Source: a virus
Taxonomy: Duplodnaviria; Caudoviricetes
Length of the DNA stretch: 61,770 nucleotides
IMG/VR virus record: IMGVR_UViG_3300035438_000760
Location: 1 to 61,770 of that record
Direction: 5' to 3' (one strand)
Of this stretch, positions 53,846 to 61,770 are shown piece by piece. The notes beneath the pieces were generated by a model. It did not search any database. It was not told where the DNA came from and saw only the letters and a list, made by a program, of their open reading frames with translations. The translations under genes were made by a program, and so were the position numbers. The first letter of the stretch is position 1; every line of letters starts with the position of its first letter.

Positions 53846-56715
53846 CACTTCCAGTTATAGATGTTCAAATACGCCCTGACTCAACATTTATTGTTAGTGG
53901 TACTGGAATTCTTGGTACAAGCGTACTGGGAGCATCTTTTTTGCTTGGACCTCCTGCCGCCGCTCTTGTTTCAATCGTGGGTCAATCTATGGATGTGAGT
54001 ATTCATAGAGGTAGAACTAGAGCAACTGATAGTTTTGATACGGGTAATGCGACTGTTACTTTTCTTGACACTACTGGTCAATTTAATCCTGATAATACGA
54101 GTTCTAGTTTGTACCCGTATGTTCTTCCGTTAAGACAGTTTCGTATTTCGGCGACGGTTGGTTCAACGGTTTATCAATTGTTTAATGGTTATACGACTAA
54201 ATACACTTATCAATTTGAACCGGGTGTGGACGCTGTTTTTGTAACTATTGAAGCGGAAGATGCTTTTAGAGTTTTAAGCATGTCGTCGGTGGTAGAAATA
54301 CCGTCTGCTACTTATGCCGAATATAGTGGTCCAAGAATTACAAAAATTTTGAATCAACTCAATGTTCCTACAAGCATTCGTTCAATTTCAACTGGTGCCA
54401 CTCAGGTTGATGATGATTTTGGTACAGTTCGTACAGGTCTTGAAGCGTTACAACAAGTTGAAGAAGCGGAGTTGGGCGCATATTTTATTGATAAAAAAGG
54501 TTTTCATACATTCCGTGGTCGTCAAGATCTTCAGTTGTTAGCCGGTGGAGTTACGAAAACCCCTATAGTTTTTGATGAATCTGCTGGTTTGCCATATAAC
54601 GCAGTTCAAGTTGCCTATGATGACGAGCAAATTATTAACTATGTGACTGTTGATGGTAGTTCGCTTAATGGTGCTGAAGCGTTTGACTCGCCAAGTATTG
54701 AAAATTATTTCAATAGAACGCTTAACAAAACTAATTCGTTGTTGACTACTGATGCGGAAGCGACATCTCAAGCGAATTATCTTCTTGGTTTCCGCAAAGA
54801 TCCTAAAGTGACTATTGACTCTATTGATTTTAATGTTTCGGGGTTAGATACTGAAACTAGAACAAACTTAATTACTAACCCGTCTTTTGAAACTAATACA
54901 ACGGGTTGGGCTTCGGCTCAATCCCCTATCGTTGTTTCGCCAATTGTTGGTTTTGCGGGTACAAATTCTTTGTTAGTGCGATTGTCATCAATTGACACAA
55001 ATATGGTTTATACGGTACCTACAGCATCTTCTGTTGGTACTTATGTATTTTCTATGTATTGCTACACTCCTATCGGTTCACCTTTTGCGGGTAGAACTAT
55101 TAGTGTTAATACAGAAGGTGGAAGCGCAACAGTTTCGGCGGTTTCGCAAAGCAGTGCGACTCTTGTTGCTGGTTCGTGGGTTCGTTTTTCAACAACTAAA
55201 AATGTCACAGTTGCTGGAACTATAGTTTTGGTTTCTCGTTTATCAGGTTCATTGCAGGCTTTTGCGCCCCGAACAAATTTGATATCCAATCCATCGTTTG
55301 AGACGAATGTTTTAGGTTGGAATGCTAACGGTTCTACGAATACGAGAGTAGCGGGAACTTGGGGTATGGGAAGTTTTGTATATAGGATCGTGGCGACGGG
55401 CACAGGTAACTCTGGAACATTTACATCTGTCAATGCTTTTCCCGTGACACCCGGTGGTTCATACACGGTTAGTTTTTTTGCTAAGTCTATTTCGGGGACT
55501 TTACGCAAATTGTATATCGGGATATATTTTTCTGACGCAAGCGGTGGGTTTATCAATCAATTCTTTACTGGTAAATTCTTAACTACAGGTGTGCAGAGGT
55601 TTTCTATAACGGCAACAGCACCTGCTCTTGCGGCTACTGGTGGGATTTTTGCGTACACATTAGACGGGGGTACAACCAGTGACACATTTGAAATGGACAG
55701 TGTGCTTGTTGAGCAGTCTTCAGAACTGAACAGTTATTTTGACGGGACAAGACCGGGGGCAACTTGGACAGGTGCTGTTAACAACTCAACATCAATTCTT
55801 CCTCGCACGAATCTAATTTTGAATCCGTCGTTTGAGTCTGATGTTGCGAACTGGAATACTACGAGCAGTAGTTGTACCAATACAAGAACGGCTGGCACTA
55901 TTGCTGGTGGTAGTGGCTCATGGTCAATGGTGTCAGTCGCAACAGTTACAACACAATATGGTCCGTCATGTGGCGGTACGGGTGTGTTCCCTATTTCAGA
56001 GGGTGCTACCTACACTTTTTCTGCACAAGTGTTGAGACTTGTGGGTTCACGAACTTACAGCGCACGCATTGACTGGTACGACAGCGGTGGTGTTTTTATT
56101 AGTTTGGCGAATAGTTCAGCCAATGCTTGCGCTACGAGCACCCGTCTATCTATTACAGGTACAGCACCAGCAGGTGCAGTCAGAGCAGACCTACGCCTAA
56201 TAAGTACCAATACGGGTGCGCTCGGCGACAGTCATCAGATAGACGCTGTAATGTTTGAGGATTCGTCAACATTAAATCCTTACTTTGACGGATCAACTAA
56301 CAGCGATACAAGTTGGACGGGCATAGTCAACAACTCCACCTCAATTCAAAACCAGACACTTCATTTTGACGCTGGAATGTTTGAGCAAACAAATAATGTT
56401 TCTACATATTTTGACGGTGCCACATCGTCTCGTGGTTTTACTTCGTGGACAGGCACAGCACACGGTTCAACCTCGGTTATGTTGTCTGATGCCGAATCAG
56501 TAGTTAATGCCGAATTACTTGACCCAGTTACTATAACCAAAAACTATGCGAACGGAACAATTTCACGCACTTTGACCGTGCAAGGTATTACCCATTCAAT
56601 AACTCCGGGTAACTGGGAAATGTCACTGGAATTAGCAGAACCAGTCGGTGGTGACGGTTTGGTATTGGACTCGCCAAACGCAGGAATTTTAGACAACAAC
56701 ATATTGGTTTATTAA
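53842..56715 (+). CDS. Minor tail / baseplate hub protein with three inserted carbohydrate-binding-like modules
   Basis: Follows the tape measure; RTNLIxNPSFE repeats at 54859, 55270 and 55804. Confidence 0.75.
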   Translation: MTLPVIDVQIRPDSTFIVSGTGILGTSVLGASFLLGPPAAALVSIVGQSMDVSIHRGRTRATDSFDTGNATVTFLDTTGQFNPDNTSSSLYPYVLPLRQFRISATVGSTVYQLFNGYTTKYTYQFEPGVDAVFVTIEAEDAFRVLSMSSVVEIPSATYAEYSGPRITKILNQLNVPTSIRSISTGATQVDDDFGTVRTGLEALQQVEEAELGAYFIDKKGFHTFRGRQDLQLLAGGVTKTPIVFDESAGLPYNAVQVAYDDEQIINYVTVDGSSLNGAEAFDSPSIENYFNRTLNKTNSLLTTDAEATSQANYLLGFRKDPKVTIDSIDFNVSGLDTETRTNLITNPSFETNTTGWASAQSPIVVSPIVGFAGTNSLLVRLSSIDTNMVYTVPTASSVGTYVFSMYCYTPIGSPFAGRTISVNTEGGSATVSAVSQSSATLVAGSWVRFSTTKNVTVAGTIVLVSRLSGSLQAFAPRTNLISNPSFETNVLGWNANGSTNTRVAGTWGMGSFVYRIVATGTGNSGTFTSVNAFPVTPGGSYTVSFFAKSISGTLRKLYIGIYFSDASGGFINQFFTGKFLTTGVQRFSITATAPALAATGGIFAYTLDGGTTSDTFEMDSVLVEQSSELNSYFDGTRPGATWTGAVNNSTSILPRTNLILNPSFESDVANWNTTSSSCTNTRTAGTIAGGSGSWSMVSVATVTTQYGPSCGGTGVFPISEGATYTFSAQVLRLVGSRTYSARIDWYDSGGVFISLANSSANACATSTRLSITGTAPAGAVRADLRLISTNTGALGDSHQIDAVMFEDSSTLNPYFDGSTNSDTSWTGIVNNSTSIQNQTLHFDAGMFEQTNNVSTYFDGATSSRGFTSWTGTAHGSTSVMLSDAESVVNAELLDPVTITKNYANGTISRTLTVQGITHSITPGNWEMSLELAEPVGGDGLVLDSPNAGILDNNILVY

Positions 56716-56726
56716 AGGAGAAACTT

Positions 56727-57233
56727 ATGGCTTATACAACACTCAATGTCGCTTATATTAATGGTGACACATTTTATGCGGCGGATATCAACGCTACTAA
56801 TACTGTTGCCAATGCTATATCTAATGGTACTAACCAAGTTCTTGTTACGGCTAAGGGTGACATACTTACAGGTAGCGCAACTGCTAACAATTTGGTTAAA
56901 ACTGGTGTTGGTTCTAATAACACGGTACTTTATGCGAACAGCGCACAGTCTGGTGGTGTTTCGTGGGGGTTGATAACTTCGGCGATGATTACGCCAGCAA
57001 CGATCACTGGTGGCGGTGGCGGGAATTTAGCGGGCACAACTGTTGCCGCTTCAAACATTGTTGCTAACACGATCACTTCTGCTCAGTGTTTAGCGAACGG
57101 TGCGACGACTTCTATTGTGAGTATTGGTACGGCGTTGGCTTCGGCTACTTCATCCAAGATCCATTTTAAAGCGACTGCTGGTGCCCCTACTTCTGGTGGG
57201 GCTATTGGCGACATCTGGTTTGTGATGGCTTAG
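56727..57233 (+). CDS. Minor tail/fibre protein
   Basis: TAKGDIL...VGSNNTVL...; APT.G.IGDIW end. Confidence 0.6.
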   Translation: MAYTTLNVAYINGDTFYAADINATNTVANAISNGTNQVLVTAKGDILTGSATANNLVKTGVGSNNTVLYANSAQSGGVSWGLITSAMITPATITGGGGGNLAGTTVAASNIVANTITSAQCLANGATTSIVSIGTALASATSSKIHFKATAGAPTSGGAIGDIWFVMA

Positions 57234-57234
57234 T

Positions 57235-58281
57235 ATGCCGAATACTTATGTTCAGACTGGTGCTGGTACTTATACCGAGATCGCTGGGACTAAAGGTATT
57301 TTTGCTCAGACGGGTGCGGCTGCTTATACCCGTGTGTGGCAGGCGTATGTTAAGACCGGTGCTTCAACTTGGGTGAAGGTGTATCAATTTGACACTGCCA
57401 ATCCTGTTATCAATGCCAATAGAACTACGACAGGTTTGGCTAATGCGAACATGAGGTTTGCTTGGTCTGGTGGGGCGTTGGTTACTGATGCTGATTCTGG
57501 TGTTGCTTCAGTGAAGATTCAGGTTCAGTACACGCCTTGGGGTGGTTCGGGTGAGGGTTGGACTGATTGGCAGACTTTGACTTTGGCGCAGTGGCAGGCG
57601 ACTTCGGGTTCGTTTGATTTCACTCCTTCAACTGCGAAGCGTCGCCAGTGGAGTGGAACCACAGAAACGGTCAGTCGGTACTATGTCGGTTTCCGAGTTG
57701 TTGCTGTTGACAATGTGGGACTTACAACAAATTCATCAGAAGTTGCTAATCTCACTAAACCGTATGGATCGGTGACTGTTTTGCCGAATAGCACTGGTGC
57801 GAGCGGTGCGGACTCGTATGCTGTCAGCCCTGCTGGGTGGGCTGGCTTAACAAATGGTGGTGTTCGTTTCGGTGACGGTACTTCTGTTGGTTTAGGTAAC
57901 TGGACAAACGGTGCGTACTTTTACAACACACAACTTCAGGATGCTTGCTCTGGTTATGCCCCAGATTCTGGAACATTTGTTGTTCAGCGTAAAGGCTCAC
58001 TGGGTATTTCGGGCAATGCGTACTTCAAGTACCACGGCAACACATTCTCCACAGGAACGACAAACGCTACTTTTGGTGGCGACTTTGTTGTGTTTGATCT
58101 TACTGGTCCCAATGTTTCGGGAACTCTTTCCATGCCTGCGAACTGGTTGTCTGCTATTCCGTCTGGGACGGCTAGAGGTTTCGGTATGTTAAACGGTGGG
58201 GCTAGTACCGTTATTAAAGTGCTTTACTCACATGGCGAATTGTTCAGTACAACAGGCACGATCACTCTTACTTTCACATAA
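57235..58281 (+). CDS. Minor tail protein
   Basis: Beta-rich, G/T/S-rich; tail module context. Confidence 0.6.
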   Translation: MPNTYVQTGAGTYTEIAGTKGIFAQTGAAAYTRVWQAYVKTGASTWVKVYQFDTANPVINANRTTTGLANANMRFAWSGGALVTDADSGVASVKIQVQYTPWGGSGEGWTDWQTLTLAQWQATSGSFDFTPSTAKRRQWSGTTETVSRYYVGFRVVAVDNVGLTTNSSEVANLTKPYGSVTVLPNSTGASGADSYAVSPAGWAGLTNGGVRFGDGTSVGLGNWTNGAYFYNTQLQDACSGYAPDSGTFVVQRKGSLGISGNAYFKYHGNTFSTGTTNATFGGDFVVFDLTGPNVSGTLSMPANWLSAIPSGTARGFGMLNGGASTVIKVLYSHGELFSTTGTITLTFT

Positions 58282-58343
58282 GGACAAAACATGGCAAACG
58301 ATTTTAAAACAACAATGACTCAACAAGATTTGGGGATTAACTG

Positions 58344-58817
58344 ATGTCTATCAATCCGAATACATTGTTTTTAGCCGGGCAGGTTTTAACTTCTGACCAA
58401 GCGAACCGTTTTCCTCGTGGGGTGATGGCGTTTGCGTCATCGCCGACTAACTACACATTGACTGCCAGCGACGCACTAGCGACGGGCATGACTGTTACAT
58501 GGTCAGCAGTCGCTGACCGTTACTACCGAATCACCTACTACGAACCTCTTGTTTCAACTCCCGCAGTATCAGGAGGAGTAACAAACCTCAGAATCAAAGA
58601 CGGGGCAACCACCCTCCAATACGGATCAATCAGAACTAACAGCGCAACTTTTACTCAAGGGAATGTGAATGTCGTACTGATTGCTACATGGGCGACTTCA
58701 GCAACACGAACTCTCACGGGGCAAGTATCAGTAAGTTCTACCACTGGCACACCGTTACTTAATCGCGCGTCGGCTTATCCAGCGTTCATGCTTGTGGAAG
58801 ATATCGGTCCTGCCTAA
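58344..58817 (+). CDS. Minor tail protein
   Basis: F.AGQVLT..Q.N N-terminus; VEDIGPA end. Confidence 0.6.
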   Translation: MSINPNTLFLAGQVLTSDQANRFPRGVMAFASSPTNYTLTASDALATGMTVTWSAVADRYYRITYYEPLVSTPAVSGGVTNLRIKDGATTLQYGSIRTNSATFTQGNVNVVLIATWATSATRTLTGQVSVSSTTGTPLLNRASAYPAFMLVEDIGPA

Positions 58818-60016
58818 TGTCTGCTACACCTTCGTTCGGTCAGGGTACTCCTGTTACTTCAAGGGCACTTAATGCTACTTTCGCTACTTTGTTGACTGGT
58901 GATTATGACTTTTCTAACATCAATGCGACAGGAACAATAAATGCAGGTGGATTGATTACTAGCACGACTGGTTTTTCTGGTTCTGGTGCAAGCCTTACAT
59001 CGTTGAACGCAACGAACTTGTCTAGTGGAACTGTTGCCTCGGATCGTCTTCCATCAGTCAACATTGGTACTACCTCTGTCGCTTTGAGTCGGGCGAGTGG
59101 CGCATTGACTCTCGCTGGTATCACACTCACATCACCTACTTTTACTGCACCCGTTCTTGGTACACCAGCGAGCGGTGCGTTGACTAACTGCACCCTCATT
59201 CCTGCTGGACAATTAACGGGAACTACGCTCAACGCTGGAGTCACTGCCTCATCGCTAACAAGTGTCGGAACTTTGACAGGGTTGACAAGTTCGGGAACTG
59301 TTGAAGCGTCGCTCGGTGCTTTGGGAACGACTGCTACTAACTCGCTTATCCATTTCAAGTTGACATCAACGACGAACAACAACGACTTCTTGTTACTCAC
59401 AGCGAACAGACTTGCCAATGGTACAACTTGGGACTCAGCGGCTTACACGATACAGCGTCTCGTTGATGCGACATACATGGGGTTCATTCGTTTCGGTGAT
59501 GGTGCTAGCGGTCAGAATGTACAGATCGGTGTCAACGCTACAAAGTATCTCGCCGTTTCTTCTACAGCAACGAATGTGACTGGGCTTTTAACAGCAGATA
59601 ATATTTGGAATACTTCAACAGCAACTACGACTTTGACTGGTTTCCAGTATGTTGTGCGCTCTACTGGTGCGTTCCCTGCTTACAATCATTTCACATCAAT
59701 GCGAGAAGGCAAACGCAATATCGTAACCATTGCAGATAGTGGCACATTGATTGACCAACTCAATCCTGTTACATATCAAGCGAAGATTGACGAAACTGAT
59801 GACGAGATTTCTGCTGGGTGGAAAGACCGTGATCTTGAGTACGGTTTCATTGCTGAAGAAGTAGCAGAAGTTGGCACAGGTTTTCTTGCTCAGTACATGG
59901 ATGATGGAGAAGGCAATTTGAAACCAGCAGGGTGGAAGTGGCAAGGGGTAGTATCTGTTTTAGTAGCAGAAGTACAAAGTGTTCGTAAACGACTAGAGGA
60001 GTTGGAAAAAGTATGA
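58817..60016 (+). CDS. Tail fibre with C-terminal intramolecular chaperone (peptidase S74-like)
   Basis: SSLTSVGTLT repeat; TSMREGKRNI...LNPVTY...YGFIAEEV...coiled-coil end. Confidence 0.8.
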   Translation: MSATPSFGQGTPVTSRALNATFATLLTGDYDFSNINATGTINAGGLITSTTGFSGSGASLTSLNATNLSSGTVASDRLPSVNIGTTSVALSRASGALTLAGITLTSPTFTAPVLGTPASGALTNCTLIPAGQLTGTTLNAGVTASSLTSVGTLTGLTSSGTVEASLGALGTTATNSLIHFKLTSTTNNNDFLLLTANRLANGTTWDSAAYTIQRLVDATYMGFIRFGDGASGQNVQIGVNATKYLAVSSTATNVTGLLTADNIWNTSTATTTLTGFQYVVRSTGAFPAYNHFTSMREGKRNIVTIADSGTLIDQLNPVTYQAKIDETDDEISAGWKDRDLEYGFIAEEVAEVGTGFLAQYMDDGEGNLKPAGWKWQGVVSVLVAEVQSVRKRLEELEKV

Positions 60017-60147
60017 ACGAGCAACCACAAGTGGATGCACAAAAAGTGATTGATGATCTTTTGGATCAGTTGAAGCAAGCGAATTTGCAGATGGCTATTT
60101 TGCGGGTGATGTTGAGTGACGCTAACTCAACTCCTTCAGACGACTAA
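60013..60147 (+). CDS. Small coiled-coil protein (not in the ORF track)
   Basis: ATGA-coupled 44-aa ORF MNEQPQVDAQKVIDDLLDQL... Confidence 0.5.
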   Translation: MNEQPQVDAQKVIDDLLDQLKQANLQMAILRVMLSDANSTPSDD

Positions 60148-60267
60148 ACGGTTGTTGATATCAGATTTGATAACAATCACGCTTTAGTCAGATGCGATAG
60201 CAGTTAACCAACCGACCTTTATCGGGGTTGGTATGTGATTGCTATGGTTGTAGTTGGAGTCTGACAA

Positions 60268-60525
60268 ATGAAAAAGTTCATCAACATCGCTAATCGTATA
60301 GTGGCAACCTTTTTAACCTCGGCATTAAGCATCGTCGGTGGTTCTTCAGTGCTGAACGCATTCACAGACAACGATATTTCGGTACTCCAGTCGGCTTGTC
60401 TGGCTGGGTTTGTGGCTTGTGTTCAAGTGGTTGAACGGCTGGCTAAAGCGTCTTTGGACGGTGCGCTGACTTATACCGAAATCAACGAGGCGTTTTTGCC
60501 AACCAAAAAGGCGGACGATAATTGA
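60268..60525 (+). CDS. Putative holin / two-TM membrane protein
   Basis: RIVATF plus two hydrophobic helices. Confidence 0.55.
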   Translation: MKKFINIANRIVATFLTSALSIVGGSSVLNAFTDNDISVLQSACLAGFVACVQVVERLAKASLDGALTYTEINEAFLPTKKADDN

Positions 60526-60872
60526 TGCCTGCTGGGACTTACAACATCACGGCAGAGCAGGGTGCGACATTCTCCAGAGTTTTAACTTGGCGAGATTCTG
60601 CTAACGCTTTAATTAACTTGACGGGCTATACCGCACGAATGCAAGTAAGAACTGACTATGCGAGTTCAACTGCGGAATTGTCGTTGACGACCGAGAACGG
60701 CAAGATCACCCTCGGTGGTGCTTTGGGTACGATCACCCTTTTGGTGTCGGCATCAGATATGGCATTGGTGCCAGCACGAAGTTTTGTTTACGATCTTGAG
60801 ATGGTGAATGGTGCGACGGTGACGAGGCTTGTTGAGGGGTCTTTTGCGGTTAAGGCTGAGGTTACGCGGTGA
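60525..60872 (+). CDS. Virion structural protein (BppU-N/LtfC-like Ig fold)
   Basis: EQGATF...[13 protein letters not shown]...YDLE...EG. Confidence 0.65.
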   Translation: MPAGTYNITAEQGATFSRVLTWRDSANALINLTGYTARMQVRTDYASSTAELSLTTENGKITLGGALGTITLLVSASDMALVPARSFVYDLEMVNGATVTRLVEGSFAVKAEVTR

Positions 60873-61770
60873 GTGTGACGCTCAATGACACGCCGTTTAC
60901 GGTTAGTGTGACTGAGACTAATAATGTGACGGTGACGCAAACCAGTCAGAGTGTTTCAATTCAGGATGTGGGTACGCAAGGTATTCAAGGGGCGACGGGG
61001 GCTACGGGTGCTACCACAACTAATGCGAGTGTGTTGGTTTCGGGGACTCTTGACAATGCACGATTGCCTGCAAGCGCGACAACGATTACATCGGTGGGTA
61101 CTTTAACTTCTTTGGCAGTTAGTGGTGATTTAGCCGTTGATACAAATGTTTTGTATGTTGATTCAACCACCAACCGTGTTGGTGTCGGTACAAATGCTCC
61201 GTTAACGGCACTTCAAGTGGTAGGCACTGTTACTGCAACAACATTTGATGGCGTATTAGCGTCAACAATGACTGCCACGACTCAGGCTCTTGCTGATAAC
61301 TCAACCAAGGTTGCTACTACGGCGTTTGTGATTGCTAATGCTGGTGCTGGACCGCAAGGGGCTACAGGGGCTACAGGGGCTACAGGGGCTACGGGGGCTA
61401 CAGGTCCAACAGGTTTAACTGGGGCAACTGGTGCTACCGGTCCGCAAGGTTTACAGGGTGCTACAGGTGCAACGGGTTCTGTTGGAGCGCAAGGTATTCA
61501 AGGTGACACTGGTGCTACTGGTGCAACGGGCGCAACAGGTCCAATAGGTTTAACTGGCTCAACGGGGTCTGCTGGTGCGACGGGTGCAACTGGTGCTACT
61601 GGACTTCAGGGTGCTACAGGTCCGACGGGTTCTGTTGGAGCGCAAGGTGCTACAGGTGCTACAGGTGCTACAGGTGCTACAGGTGCTACAGGAGCGACTG
61701 GTGCAACAGGTTCTGCTGGTGCGATGTCTGAGATTGACGCACAAACCTTCTCAAGTTCAACTACTTACAC
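60869..61770 (+). CDS. 5' part of collagen-repeat tail fibre (runs off the end, continues at 140..884)
   Basis: GTGA-coupled start; open frame to the window end with Gly-X-Y repeats from ~61340. Confidence 0.75.
   Translation, partial: MSVTLNDTPFTVSVTETNNVTVTQTSQSVSIQDVGTQGIQGATGATGATTTNASVLVSGTLDNARLPASATTITSVGTLTSLAVSGDLAVDTNVLYVDSTTNRVGVGTNAPLTALQVVGTVTATTFDGVLASTMTATTQALADNSTKVATTAFVIANAGAGPQGATGATGATGATGATGPTGLTGATGATGPQGLQGATGATGSVGAQGIQGDTGATGATGATGPIGLTGSTGSAGATGATGATGLQGATGPTGSVGAQGATGATGATGATGATGATGATGSAGAMSEIDAQTFSSSTTY

Noticed and set aside
221-61744. Numerous minus-strand ORFs in the ORF track
   Set aside because: They lie antisense to well-supported, translationally coupled + strand genes and show no recognisable motifs
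1-61770. tRNA genes or stop-codon reassignment
   Set aside because: No cloverleaf with a T-arm GTTCRA recognised; genes are full length under the standard code and all three stop codons are used

Overview
A near-complete, circularly permuted ~61.6 kb siphovirus-type phage genome. Bases 15-139 are repeated at 61646-61770, and essentially all genes lie on the + strand. Two WhiB genes point to an Actinomycetota host (inference). I found no integrase, tRNA or CRISPR array. Recognisable modules are lysis (1-1.9 kb), replication/recombination (6.7-9.5 kb), small-gene cassettes behind a repeated promoter, a DNA-modification cluster (14.4-17.5 kb), terminase (20-22.5 kb), head (32-46.4 kb) and tail (47.5-61.8 kb, wrapping to 1 kb). 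The main discovery candidate is a ~20-aa tag, xK-A-x(0-3)-SRSEAG[RK]xAAxxRW, present 11 times in 9 ORFs at three separate loci. It precedes unrelated cargo domains: GNAT, RelA/SpoT-like, type IB topoisomerase, ParB/Srx-like, a possible SAM-lyase-like domain, DUF3626-like and three HExxH domains. It also occurs on the XkdF-type prohead protease. This looks like a protease-processed, head-loaded effector arsenal with chained partner/immunity domains. Other strong signals are a C5-methyltransferase with Arg in place of the motif-X Asn next to a CmoA-like gene (candidate DNA carboxymethylation) and a strongly + strand-polarised heptamer, GATGCGA. All family assignments come from motif recognition by eye, not database searches.
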